From Anolis carolinensis (taxonomy: Eukaryota), in contig NC_085844.1 of assembly GCF_035594765.1 (NCBI RefSeq), positions 37,153,923-37,217,922 on the forward strand: 64,000 nt of DNA. The letters are read 5' to 3'. The notes beneath the pieces are model-generated. The model worked only from the letters and a program-made list of their open reading frames with translations. It had not been told where the DNA came from and did no database searches. How positions within the stretch are numbered: the first letter of the stretch is position 1; every line of letters begins with the position of its first letter. This document shows, in pieces, positions 1 through 12,232 of this stretch. A program made the translations under genes and the position numbers.

Positions 1-336
1 AATGGCGACATGTAACTCATGAGCACACTCTGCCCACTCATGATTTAAAAGAATCAGAAAACAAGTGAAAGAAAGGACCATGGCAGGAAGGCCCACTGCT
101 AGTCTAACTGGTTTTCCCCAGCCTCTTATCTTCCATATCTTTTAACTACATCTCTAATGCTCATGGATGATGGGAGTTTTAGTCTACAACATTCAGAGAG
201 CACCAGATTAGGAGATAGTTGAATAAACAACACTGGGTTAAGAGATCTAAAGTAAGGCAGTTTATTTGCATCCTAATTTTGAGATTTTAAAAGTATTTTA
301 ATTCAGAGAAGAGAACATAATAAAAAGACAGTAATA

Positions 337-658
337 CAGTAGAGTCTCACTTACCCAAGCCTCGCTTATCCAAGTTTCTGGATTATCCAAGCCATTTTTG
401 TAGTCAATGTTTTCAATATATCGTGATATTTTGGTGCTAAATTCGTAAATACAGTAATTACAACATAACATTACTGCATATTGAACTGTTTTTCTGTCAA
501 ATTTGTTGTAAAACATGATGTTTTGGTGCTTAATTTGTAAAATCATAACCTAATTTGATGTTTAATAGGCTTTTCCTTAATCCCTCCTTATTATCCAAGA
601 TATTCGCTTATCCAAGCTTCTGCCGGCCCGTTTAGCTTGGATAAGTGAGACTCTACTG
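337..658. mobile_element. Tc1/mariner (Tigger/pogo-like) MITE, copy 1
   Basis: TIR CAGTAGAGTCTCACTTA / TAAGTGAGACTCTACTG with TA on both sides (335-336, 659-660); near-identical copies at 4088 and 25211 in the opposite orientation. Confidence 0.9.
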
Positions 659-942
659 TAATATGAAGAAGTAAGAATTTATAATATATAATGCTAAAAC
701 TACATGGTGACATTTTAAGTACTATAGCTAAGTACAAAACTACATCAAAAATATAAACAAGAACAAAACATATACGTACACACACAAACAAAACTATCAC
801 ACAAACATGCAAACCATTCTGTGAATGTACACTCACTACCTGATGGTTTTTTTTAATCCCTTATTATTCTGTTTTCTTTCAATAATATTATACAACCACA
901 CTTTAAACTCATAAGTCCTACAATTGCCCCCATCATTGTTGC

Positions 943-1085
943 AAAAAGGGAATAAATAAGTCCCAATCTTTCTTGTTGATCAAAGATTTCTCTTTAATCA
1001 GTGTTGTTTTCCATCTCAGCTCGTTCATAGACCTCTATCAGCCATTCTTCTTGGGTTGGGATAACCCATTCCTTCCAGTTCTGAG
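943..1085 (-). mobile_element. Degraded L1-type LINE ORF2 C-terminal fragment
   Basis: Minus strand reads QNWKEWVIPTQEEWLIEVYERAEME..LIKEKSLINKKDWDLFIPF (one frameshift), resembling the W-K-x-x-x-I-P-T-x-E-E-W end of squamate L1 ORF2. Confidence 0.55.
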
Positions 1086-1747
1086 ATTTTTTTACTTTAA
1101 AAAATTAATTTCATGGCGCAATAAAATAATTCAATGTCTCCTCCGCCCTGCCCCACCTTTTGTGGTGAATTCCTCATACTTCACAGGAAGTTGCAATGCA
1201 AAATAATCATTAAATACAATGCGCAGAAACCATAGGATTAGAATAATCTATCAACAATCAGTTGACAGACAACTATTATTTATTAGTGTGAGTTTGTGGG
1301 TCTTCTTTATTTGTCCCTGCTGTCCTCAATGTCTTCTTCAACAGTGCCTTGTTCTTGTATACTTCCTTTCTTGTGTGTTTATTTCTCCAGGCAGCCCCCA
1401 GGCCTCTGACACTCTGGAATCTTCTCTCTTTTTTCCTGATGTGCACACATTCAGTCCAATCTCTTTCTTCCCTTATTTGTTTTTATTATTGCTACTTTTC
1501 CAGTTTATTTTTGTCTTTCTGTCCTCATTGCTACCTCCATTTCTCATGTGCCCCTCTCTCTCAAAATATTATTGTTCTGGATACTGCAAATAAAAAGATT
1601 ACTAAAGTCAATGAAAGGAAAACAGCTTCAACAGCATCAGCACTTTGCTTGAACTAGCCTAAAACTTACAGGATTTAAGTCAATCCTATTGGGGACAGCA
1701 CATGCTGCCTTTTCGTCTGTCTTTTAAACTGTAACCTTAAAGAAATC

Positions 1748-1830
1748 ACAGTTGTCCCTCCATATCCATGGATTCTGCACCCACAAATTCAACCATCTAT
1801 GGCTTGAAAATATTTTTAAAAAAATAATTT
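1748..1830. mobile_element. Tigger-like MITE terminal fragment
   Basis: CAGTTGTCCCTCCATATCCATGGATTCTGCA...CAACCATCTATGGCTTGAAAAT matches the reverse complement of the right end of the element at 63461-63676. Confidence 0.6.
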
Positions 1831-1977
1831 GCATTTGTTGATTTGTAGTAAATGTTTATTATATGAGTTATTCAAATCACATTTTATACTTATTTCTTTA
1901 AAATAAATTATATCTGGTGGTGTCAACCAGTATGGTTTGCACCTGCATACTCCCCTAGTGACACCACTAAAGTATTA

Positions 1978-1980
<3 letters not shown>

Positions 1981-2030
<50 letters not shown>
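1981..2030. repeat. Compound microsatellite (TG)16(TA)9
   Basis: Read directly. Confidence 0.95.
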
Positions 2031-2031
<1 letters not shown>

Positions 2032-2040
2032 CTCATTACT

Positions 2041-2440
2041 CCAGGCTATCTGAAATACTCTACCCTCGCCTGAACACTAAGATGCCCTGCTTTTGGTCCT
2101 ATCATCTTCACATATACAATTAATAAGAACACAAGATAGGATCTTTTCAATGACTGCCCTTGGACTCTGGAACACCTCCCTGCTGTTTTTCAAGGGAGGA
2201 CTTCTAAAAAAAATCAGATAGGCATTTTGAGCAGAAGTCTTTCATGCAAAAAGCCTATTAAAGGGTTTTTTTAAAAAAATGTATTGTTTTAAATGCTTTT
2301 TATCTTTTTAACGTGTGTTATTTTAATATTTGTAATAGTTTAATTCTATTTTAATGTCAATGTTTGGTATGTTTTTAACTGTATTATAATCATTTTAATT
2401 TGTAAGCCAGCCTGTGTCCAAATTTAGAAGAAAAGGCACA
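2041..2440 (+). mobile_element. Old L2 LINE 3' fragment
   Basis: Degenerate ORF2 end (CTCTGGAACACCTCCC, LWN-like), AT-rich 3' UTR, then TGTAAGCCAGCCTGTGTCC...AGAAAAGGCA terminal motif of L2 type. Confidence 0.55.
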
Positions 2441-2713
2441 TCAGCAGCAGCCAGACATTGTTCTCCGTTCCAGGAGAATTTAATAAGCTTGGCCTCCTGA
2501 TTTGCTGGTAATAATTTGCATTTCTCTGCTGTGGAAAGGTATTGAGGAATGGGGCTGCATTTTTCTGTTTCTAGTGGCACATTATATTCCCAGAGTGCCC
2601 TGTCATAAGCATAGTTTACAAATGGTGGGGAAAGCTAACCAATCCAGCCCGAAGCAGGAGTTCCAGTGGAAAAAATAGAAAACTTTACTCCCAACTATCT
2701 GAAGAGCATATGT

Positions 2714-3583
2714 CAGGTATGGGTAAACCCAGGCGCGGGGGCCGGATGTAGCCCCTTGGGCTCTTTTCTCGGGCCGTCCTCTCTCTCACCATCCTATCCT
2801 TCCTTTTCTCTTTCCTCCCTCCTTCCTTCTCTCTCTTTCTCCTTCCTTCCTTCACTTTTGTCTTTACTCCCTTCTCTCTTTCCTCCCTCCCTCCCTTCCT
2901 CCCCTCCCCTCCATTCCTTCCCTTCCACCCTTCCTTCCTTCTCTTTTTCCTTCCTCCTGCGGGATACTTATCTAGGAGAAGAGAAGGTAGAGAGAGGGAA
3001 CATACAAACCATGTTTCAAGGTTTAAAAGGGTGTCCCATTGAGGAGGAGGGGGAAAACTGACTTTATGCTGCTCTAGAGACCAGGGCATAAGGGAGCAAT
3101 GGTTTCAAATGGCAGGGAAAGAAAGTTGACTGAAAAGATTAGGAAGAACTTCCTGAGAGTAAGAGTTGTTGGAGAGTGGCATAGGCTGCCTCGAGTATGG
3201 TGGAGTCTTCTTCTTCTGGAGGATTTTCCACAGAGGATGTCTACCAGGAGTGCTTTGAATGTGCCTTCTTGCATGGCAGGGGGTTGGACTGGATGGCTCT
3301 TGGGGGTCTTTTACATCTCTAGGATTCTAGGATTATCTATCAGGAGTAGGCAATCTGGGGTCTCATGAATACACTTTTTCTCTGCTGTCCACCATCTCAT
3401 TCTGACGAAGGCTAACTCTTTTGAGATCCAAACATTTCCTGTCTTTCCTTCACTTTCTGCCTCCAAAAGAGAAGAGGAAAGGGCAGGGAGGGTACTTGGG
3501 AAGTAACCCCCCTCCCTCCTGGCTTGCCCACCCCACTCCAGCCCACCATGCGGCCCTCAAGTTAGAATGCTTGCCCATGCCTG
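2714..3583. mobile_element. Composite non-autonomous hAT (Charlie-like) element containing a CT-rich tract and a CR1 3' end
   Basis: TIR CAGGTATGGGTAA / TTGCCCATGCCTG; subterminal GGGCCGGATGTAGCCC and GCGGCCC motifs; degenerate 8-bp flanks GCATATGT / ATATAAGT (5/8 match, central TA). Confidence 0.7.
2960..3336 (+). mobile_element. CR1 LINE 3' fragment inside the hAT element
   Basis: IRKNFLRVRVVGEWHRLPR motif (compare IRKNFLTVRAVWQWNSLPR at 35529-35927); 3' UTR GGGGGTTGGACTGGATG; CTCTAGGATTCTAGGATT tail. Confidence 0.85.
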
Positions 3584-4087
3584 ATATAAGTGCTCCCTGG
3601 TTGGAAAACATGGTCATTCATTTTTTCCTTTACCTTTGCAAGACCCTATTTTTTAACTTTCCACTTATCTACATTGGGCAGTATAAATGTGTCCCAGAGC
3701 ATCCCCATGTGACCAGGAAGAAGGAGGAAAGATCAGCTGGTTGTGCAAGCACGTCTGCTGATATCAGAATGGGACATCCATGTGATCAGGAAGAAAAGGT
3801 GGAGAGTAATTGCATATTACTTCCATGAGGTTACTGAAGAACCTACCTGTAAATTACATGATGTGAGGGGGGAGGCTCATTGTTGCCAGGTCCGCCACTG
3901 AGTCCATGAACATTTGTATTTCTCAATTAAATTATGACAACATTTTTTTATGTGAAAGATGTTCATAGGATCTTGTCAACCTTTGAGCAACATCTTATGT
4001 AATCTGTGTTTTCAGATGTTACTGTAATCAGTAACATCTCTGTAATCTGAGTTTTTCATCTAATAGGACTGTTGTTATTTCTAGGTA

Positions 4088-4426
4088 CAGTAGAGTCACG
4101 CTTATCCAACGAATGGGCTGGCAGAACGTTGGATAAGCAAAAATGTTGGATAATAAGGAGGAATAAAGGAAAAGCCTATTAAATGTCAAATTACGTTATG
4201 ATTTTACAAATCATACCAAAACATCATGTTTTACAATAAATCAACAGAAAAAGCAGTTCAATACACAATAATGTTATGTAGTAATTACCGTATTTACGAA
4301 TTTAGCACCAAAACATTGCAATGTACTGAAAACATTGACTACAAAACACTGACTACTAAAAGGCAGGCTGCATTGGATAATACAGAACATTGGATAAGCG
4401 AAGGTTGGATAAGCGAGACTCTATTG
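4088..4426. mobile_element. Tc1/mariner MITE, copy 2
   Basis: TIR CAGTAGAGTCACGCTTATCC / GGATAAGCGAGACTCTATTG, TA flanks, internal similarity to 337-658. Confidence 0.88.
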
Positions 4427-5550
4427 TATTCGCACGTTATCTAGAACAATCCAGTTTCTGGGCCTTTATTCTGAATTTACGGGTTTTATCTAATGATGTT
4501 GTGAATGTAAAATAAAAGAAAGAAAATATAATCTTAAGTGGTCCATCTGCCTCCTTAGACTCTACATGCATAGACTAGGCCCAATATTGATGTATACACA
4601 TTTAGGGAGAATGATCTCTGGAGCTAGTTAACCTACCCAGACAGTCTTTAAATATGAATTTTAAGTGTCCTTTGTTTGATCTCTGTTTAGTGTGTTTTTG
4701 TATGTATTTTGTAGAGATACATTTTGATTTGTAACTTTTATGTACGTTTTAGTGTGAGTATTTGTAGTATTTTTGCGTGCTTATGTGTTTTAATTGTTTT
4801 GTAAACCACCTCAAGCCATGAAGAGAGGTGGGTAAGAAATAAAAAATTGTTGTTGTTATTGTTATTATTATTTACATGACCACATTGGAGAAAAAAATGC
4901 AAATTTCTTTGTAACCAAGTAAATGCCATTTTTCCATTCCAGATTTTTGGCATATCAAACAGTGGATCCATGATGTAACTAGGAAAGAGGAACAGATTAT
5001 TTGATTCACTCTGAATGTGAACTTATTTAGACCATTGTTATCGAAGCCTGATTTAGCCATAAATCATGAAGCACAATTTTTTCACTGTTTTGGACATGTT
5101 CCCTTGCAACACCAAGATGGAGAGGTTAAAGATGGTTGGCTGTAAAGAAGGGTGGCATTCATTCACATTGAGTTCATGTGTATTGCATTAAACACTTACT
5201 TTGTTTGAGCCACCTGGATTTAATAAAATGATATGTCCAAGTACTTACAAGAGAGAAGAGGAAAAAGCTGTTAATATGGTACCAGCTCAGAGTTCTACTA
5301 ATAATCATTTCATCTATTGGCAATAATTCCCCATGTCCCTTTTAGTAGCTTATTTATCTACCTAATCCTCATATTTTGCAAAATTTTCAATAACACAATA
5401 AGGTCAATTTTGTATTTGTGTTGACAATTGTTATTTCTCATTCCACATTCAAGTGTTCACAATGGGAGTGGTGTCTAAAATGTGTTAATCATAAAATATA
5501 ACATGCATAGTACTATGCCAAAATTAATACCTATGGCATCTTATATAAGT

Positions 5551-5699
5551 AAAAGGTAAAAGTTTTCCCCTGACGTTAAGTCCAGTCATGTCTGACTCTG
5601 GGGTTGGTGCTCATCTCCATTTCTAAGTTGAAGAGCCGGCGTTGTCTGTAGACACCACGAAGGTCATGTGGCCGGCATGACTGCATGGAGCGCCGTTAC
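5551..5699 (-). mobile_element. Sauria SINE, 5'-truncated
   Basis: Reverse complement of the 3' part of the copy at 5739-6058, including the (ACCTTT) tail. Confidence 0.9.
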
Positions 5700-5738
5700 A
5701 TACATTGACTAATTAATTCAACTAATATTCCTGTTTTT

Positions 5739-6058
5739 CCCCGGTGACGAAGTGCGTTAAAGCATTGAGCTGGAGACTGAAAGGCCCGAGGTTCAAACCC
5801 CGGGAGCGGTGTGAGCGGCCGCTGTTAGCTCCAGCTCCTGCCAACCTAGCAGTTCGAAAACATGCCAATGTGAGTAGATCAATAGGTACCGCTCCGGCGG
5901 GAAGGTAACAGCACTCCATGCAGTCATACCGGCCACATGACCTTGGAGGTGTCTATGGACAACGCCGGCTCTTCGGCTTAGAAATGGAGATGAGCACCAA
6001 CCCCCAGAGTCGGTCATGACTGGACTTAACATCAGGGGAAACCTTTACCTTTACCTTA
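5739..6058 (+). mobile_element. Sauria SINE, near full length
   Basis: tRNA-derived head (CCGGTGACGAAGTGCG, B-box GGTTCAAACC), body, (ACCTTT)n tail; copies at 14461 and 48921. Confidence 0.92.
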
Positions 6059-9000
6059 CTTCACTGTGCAGGATCTTTTGCTTCTTGCATTTGCTTTTGA
6101 GATTGTGTCAGTCCTTGAGATTTTCATGTTCAGGCACCTTGCAAGTAAAACTATCTTAGTTTAAAGAGTTTCTCTTCTTTGCAGAAAGGCCTATGTTCTG
6201 TTTCACTGACCAAAATATGTATTGTAATACCTCATAATATTATATATTTATGAAATTCTTTGAGAATTTGAGCAGCATGGTGTTGAGAGACAGGCTGTGG
6301 CTAAAACCAACAAAAAGGAAATGATATGTATACACGCTGTGCTTGAACTTCAAGAGATGCAAATGAGCAACTTCTGAATATGGGTATACTGACACTGCTA
6401 TCTGTAACATTAATTTCCATTTAAACATTTTGCTTATCTTATTTTTTAATCGTGACTTCTACTGTCCTGTTGACCAGTCTATGTCAGTAATAAATGTATC
6501 TGCAGATGATAAATTCTAAGGTCCCTCTGTTCTTGAACTTCACACTTTTCACATAATAGATAGTTTCAAACAGAAAATAGCTGTCTGGAAAGCCTTCAAA
6601 CACAGAGCTCTCCTGAGTATGGTAGGACACTTGCCCTGCAATTGAAGTCGGTCTTAGGTCAAGTTGACCAGCTGCAATAAGTGTCTACATCAAAGAGGAT
6701 TTGAGCAGTTACAAATAGATATTGGCACCATAGATCTGCGTTGATTAGGAAAGGTAGATGTGGAGAAATGTCTACTTGTGCATGACTATGAAAGAAAAAA
6801 AAACTCTTCTTTCTATGTGGTGACCTCAATTGCGTGCATCAGGAGCTATTTCTGCTTTATAAAGGCTTCATGTCCTCTCTTTTTGTCTCTCTGTAGATCA
6901 TAGTGACTAGAAATAATCTCCGCTGGAGATCCTGTTTTTCCAATAATTATAAATTAATTTATAGCAGTAACATCAGGGCTATCTATGACAAAGACAGACT
7001 CCCTTACTCCACCCCTACTTCAGTACTCCCATCTTGTCAACAACTACCCTGGATTACAAAAGTAATCAGCACCTCTTTAGTTATTAGTGGGCCTTATTTT
7101 TCTCTAACACTCTAAAACACATAGCAAGGGGAAAGCTAAAGCTAAAAGGGAGTACAGAAAAATAAGCGGAGCCTAAAAAGAAACTGTGATATAGGGAGGA
7201 AAAGTAAAGGCTGTACTTAATAGGCATGTTCCCTATGGATTTCTTCCTCCTCCTCTTCTTCTTTCCCCCCTTTTACAAATGTCTTTGTTGTTACAAGTGG
7301 AAATCAACTACTTGAACATTTCATCTAAGAATTTTAAAATACATATCTAGATATCTTTAAGTAGGTTACCTGTGAACTAAAAATCAAAAAAATACATTAT
7401 CTATAGAACTGTGACATTAAAAATATGGACTAGAGTTCAGATCTTGCAGGTCTGAGCTGCAGTCTTGTTATGAGTGTAGGGAAAAAAGGAGCACACATAA
7501 AAGAAATTGAGCCATGATTAAGAGAATGCATGGATCCAGAGAGTGTAGTATTTTGAAGAGTAAAAAAAAGGTGCTCATTTGATCAAAGAGGTTAGGCTAG
7601 GCAAATGAAACTATCTCAGAGATTTCATTTTGACATTAAAACTCTGTAACCTCTAGAAACAGAAAATAATGAGGACCTGCCATTCAGGATATCAGAAGCA
7701 GAATCTGCAAACATTTATTTAAAAAGATTGAGAGAGAGAGATTGATAGTGTATGACATTCATTTGGATCACAATGTTCAGCATTATCCAGTTTTTAGGGG
7801 GAAATATTTTTTTAAAGCGTCTCTACTGAACAAATTTGGATTGGAGGGGATGGCCTTTTAGACTTGCAGTATACTGTTTGAACGCAATTAAAATCCCCGA
7901 ATGTGATGGCACAGTGGATCCTTGTCAGCTGCCCAGATATCACTCTGACAGTTCAGATATCTCTCTATGGTCACACTGTTTGAAAGACCATAAAAAAGTC
8001 CAAACAATTATTTTGAATCCATGGCCAGGAACAAGAAATCACTGCAAATAAAATGCCTCAGATAGGAATGTTTTGCTTGCTGTTCCATAATAACGTGCCC
8101 CTTGATGTGTATCTTGAAACATTCCCTCCTTTATGAAATTACCTGCTAAATAGAAGAAGCTCTGCAGCTCATAAAACAGCAAGGTAAGCTTAAGCTGCAT
8201 TCAAAATGGGGAGGGGGTGACAAAAATAACTTGGATGTCAGAAAAATGATGTGTTGTGCCAAAGTCATTTTCAAACTAATGTTATCTGGTCCAAAGAAGT
8301 TCGTGATACATCATTGGCTACCAGAAAAAAACCTAGCAATTCCTTGCCAGTGATTTCAGTGTAAAAAGTTACTCATCCACTCTATAATTCTATGTGTATA
8401 TATATTGCAAGGTAAATTTCATCGAGCCCGATAGAACTGACTTTCAGGTGAGTATATGTTGAATTGCACCTTAAATGTCATAAAATTAGGAATGTCACGT
8501 GTTTGTGTCTATATATATATATCAACCAACACCTAACAGCAATGGCTGTTTGCATTGCATAGGGCAATTGCTAAACAAAATAATTAAGTCCTTTACTGCG
8601 AGAAAGATATGATATCAAACAAACAAATATACACCTCTAAAATTAGCTAATTCAGGGAGGTATTCCCCTGGGGTTTATATTTCCACCTATAAAAATATAG
8701 AAGACAGAACTACAGAAGAATATGATGAAATAAACATATAGTAAAATAAGAAGAGCCTTTCGAGATCAAATAAAGGCTTATGGGAAATTCAGAACCACAG
8801 AACAATCTAAAAAGAACTATTAACTTTCAGTGCTGAGAAAGGTAAGTTGACCTGGATAGCTTTGGGTTTGGGACATACATTATATTCATTGCATGGAACT
8901 CTCTTTAAATGAATGTCATCACATGTAACCTGCTTGTGCATTCATCATACTGATTAGGCATGTTCTTTTTCATGCCAAAGGAGACTTTTTCTTAGCCATT

Positions 9001-9254
9001 TGTTGTGATTCATGCCCATGCATATATGCACATACAATTTCTTTCTCCCACACAGAGTCTCTATCTTTGTATAAGCTACTGCACACAAAGAGCATATGCT
9101 ACAGTGACAGGATTCAGTGATGGGCAATTTAACAGTCTTCTTGTGGTGACTGTACTGCCTTCACTAAGATAAAAGCTCTATTACATTCTGCTTTAATACC
9201 AAAGAGTTAGCAGGATGATTTCCTACATGCCATCAGAAAATTGTTTGACTAGAT

Positions 9255-9376
9255 GTATAGGAAGCTGCCCTTTGGTCAATAGCTCTCCAGAGTTGTAGAC
9301 AAAGGTTTTACTCACCTGAAGAAGTGGGAAACAGCCTGAGATTGTCTCAATGCACATATGTGCTCTACCTCTGCCC
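9255..9376 (-). mobile_element. Degraded old tRNA-derived squamate SINE
   Basis: GGAAGCTGCC...GCTCTCCAG...ATGTGCTCTACC resembles the reverse complement of an old squamate SINE; heavily diverged. Confidence 0.35.
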
Positions 9377-10722
9377 TTTTGGTGCATTTAGTATCAGCGA
9401 TTAAAAAAAATCTTTATTGGAGAACCTCAAAACTACAAACAAGGATACATATAGAAAAGAACTGTACTTCAATTATTAAAGGCATGCATGTATCAATAGG
9501 ATCATAATACAGTACCCTGTAGACAACTCTGTTCCCATTACATCTCAAATAAAGCACACATCATATATGTGAAAATTAGAATGCCATGGCTTTTAGTCTC
9601 TCGCCACTAGCAATTTGCACTGATATTGCAACTGTAATGCAGAGACCATTAGAACACAAGCATCCCAAGGCTTAGTTTCATGTGTTCATTCTTCTCTTAA
9701 ATAAAGATTTTTTTTCTTTAAAAAAAATAAACGAAGGAAGTGCTACTGCATCAAGGGGAAGAATAGACCATAAAATTAGAATTTAAAAATGATCAAGAGC
9801 TCGGATTAAATTTCTTTCAGTCCTATTCCCCTTCCTCTTTTTCTCCCCCCTGTAATCTTTGTCACTGAAATACAAATGTCATGAATGTGAGAATAAAGCA
9901 TCTCGGGCATTAGGCTTCAATGATAGCTCATTCACATGACAATGGCTGTGCTGAGAACAGAACATTTCACAGAATGGAGCTATTCTTGTGGCAAAGATTA
10001 TAATGACAGGGAGAAACGGTGCAAAATTAACCAATTCTTGCATCTTCAGAGAGTAATCTTACAAGCCTCCTTGTGTGCTGTATAATGAGAGGAGAGGAAA
10101 TATAGCATGCCTTCCATAACAATGGGAGACAGCAGCTCAGCTAAGTGATGGGGGGCCTATAGTGGATGGAGTTACCACCTCTAGATGCCACTGTCATCTC
10201 CCCCCCTCCCAATGCACAAGGGGTCTTCTTCAAAGAAGAACTTGGATAATGCTACAACAACATGACAGAAATTAGGAAAAAAGAGGAAAGGGCAATGTTA
10301 TCCATTTCAAGTACCTACTTTGTTATAGTCAACAGATCTTGCTGTTTCCCTACTCAGGTTTGGAAGAACTCTATTCGGGATGGGTGGCAGGATTTTTTTG
10401 AAGCATTTCATCTATGTATGTAGAGAGGTAAAACTCTAAGGAAAGCTAAGAAAGAAGAGATTGTCACAAATGGAGGTGAAGATAGGATGATCAAAGCTTT
10501 GTCCTTACCTAACTCAGCCCATGGCTTCATGCTCTTGAGAAATCGAAATAAATAATTTTGGTAGAATCAGATCTGAAATTTTCAATACTCAGGTCTATAA
10601 CATGTTCCTGTTTCTGTAGAACTTCCTTGATATCTCAGGCGAGCCTATAACATGGGTAGCATTAGCTTGTTTTCAGTATTATTGGTTCCAATGATTTTAT
10701 ATGTTTATTTCCATTTATTATA

Positions 10723-11374
10723 CAGGCAGTCCCTAAGTTACAAGCATCCAATTTACATGCAACTCCTAGTTACCAATGAGCCTGTCCCCTCCCTCCCTGC
10801 CATGAAATCTTAGTTATGAGCTGAAGCGTGTCTATATTGCACCACCACCCTCTTCTGTGTCCATTTGTAGCTATATCTCTCCACCCCTTTTCCTTTTTCT
10901 TTCCTGTCAGACATCTCTTTAATTACCATGGCTCAATGCTATGCAACCATGAAATTTGTAGTTTGGTGAGGCAGCAGCATTCTTTGGCAGAGAAAGCTAA
11001 AAACCTTGTAAAACTACAGCCTCCAAAATTCCATAGCATTGAACCAGGGCAGTTACAGTGATGTCAAGTTTCATTCATTCTACAGCATAGATGCACCCCA
11101 AGGTGAGGCTCCTTGAGAGAAGGGTTACTTTTTTCTCTGGTTTTCCTTTCTATTGCTGAAAGTTTTCATGTTCTACCACTTTTGTTTTTAAAAATGGAAT
11201 TCTAAGCACACAGCAACTTTAATACACACCTTTTTTGGCCAAAGAACAAAGAGTGCACTTTTGCCATTGTGTGGCACACCTGCCTGAGTGCACTCGGGCC
11301 TATTCCAGTGCACATACAAATTCAACTTAAGAACAAACTTGACAAACCTAATTTTTTAACTCGGGGACTGCCTG
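10723..11374. mobile_element. Tigger-like non-autonomous DNA transposon carrying part of another MITE
   Basis: TIR CAGGCAGTCCC / GGGACTGCCTG with TA flanks; 10918-11098 matches the MITE at 53167-53380. Confidence 0.8.
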
Positions 11375-11689
11375 TATTTTATTTATATCCTGCTTTCCTC
11401 TCTATATGGGGTCCAGGACAGCTTCCAGGAAGGCTGAAACAAGGGAAAGAGATGGGGGGGGGGGGGGAGTTTAAACCCTGTTAAACAAAACAGCATATTA
11501 AAATGCTTTTAATGATAATATCTGGAAAATCGTTTAGCACATATGTACTTGCAACCAATTAATCGTCAAATGGCTGTTTTAATGAAAAAGCCTTCACTTG
11601 CTGATAAAAGGTTAAAAAAACTAAATAAATAAGAAATACATTTATATTCACTGATTAGGCAGGGAGAAAGCTTAGCTACTAGTCTTGTG

Positions 11690-11756
11690 TATTTGTATAA
11701 AATCACTACCCATTTCTATATTTGTATAAAATCGCTACCCATTGTTCCATTTGTAT
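11690..11756. repeat. 29-bp tandem repeat, about 2.3 copies
   Basis: TATTTGTATAAAATC(A/G)CTACCCATT at 11690 and 11719; partial third copy at 11748. Confidence 0.8.
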
Positions 11757-12050
11757 GGCCCCGTTTCTGTGTCTTTCCGAATGAGCTCTTTTGTTTCACC
11801 ATCTGAATATACAAATGCGTTTGTCCCATTGGGGGCAATGGGCGGGCTGCCCAGGCTTCCCTTCCGCTCAGTTTTAGAGTTAGAGGGGTGAAAATCACCA
11901 CACATGGAGGGCATATCTACCAGTTTTAGTCCTCCATCTCTCACAAGGTTTGTGTCATCCCCTGAATTTTAAAGATTTTTTTCTTTCTATAAATAAAATC
12001 TCTTTAAAAAAAATTCCCTCTTTCCCCACTGGTCCTGCCTTCTAACATAA

Positions 12051-12232
12051 GGGCTTAAAATACCAATGATTCTGAGACATTTTACGCTCAATCTGCAGAG
12101 GAGACCTGAGGTTAAAGTCAGGGCTTAAGGTACCATGCCTTGACTTGGTACCTGAGGTTAAAGACGGGGTTTAAGATACTACTGATTCTGAGAGGTTTCC
12201 CTCTTGATATGCAGAAGAGACCTGAGATTAAA
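12051..12232. repeat. Degenerate minisatellite with units of unequal length
   Basis: Recurrent block ACCTGAGGTTAAAG..GGG(C/T)TTAAG.TAC; units of about 70, 46 and 67 bp. Confidence 0.7.

Noticed and set aside
2666-3089. 131-aa and 134-aa ORFs
   Set aside because: Low-complexity CT/AG tract running into a CR1 fragment
8380-8470. TTTCAG|GTGAGT as a recursive splice site
   Set aside because: Pyrimidine tract is very short and the context resembles a common short palindromic squamate repeat (similar sequence near 46270-46355)
8821-8847. 11-nt micro-exon TTTCAG|TGCTGAGAAAG|GTAAGT
   Set aside because: Weak pyrimidine tract, not a multiple of three, no neighbouring exons to support it
10358-10425. 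VWKNSIRD resembling the forkhead WKNSIRH motif
   Set aside because: Similarity is limited to six residues and the frame stops soon after
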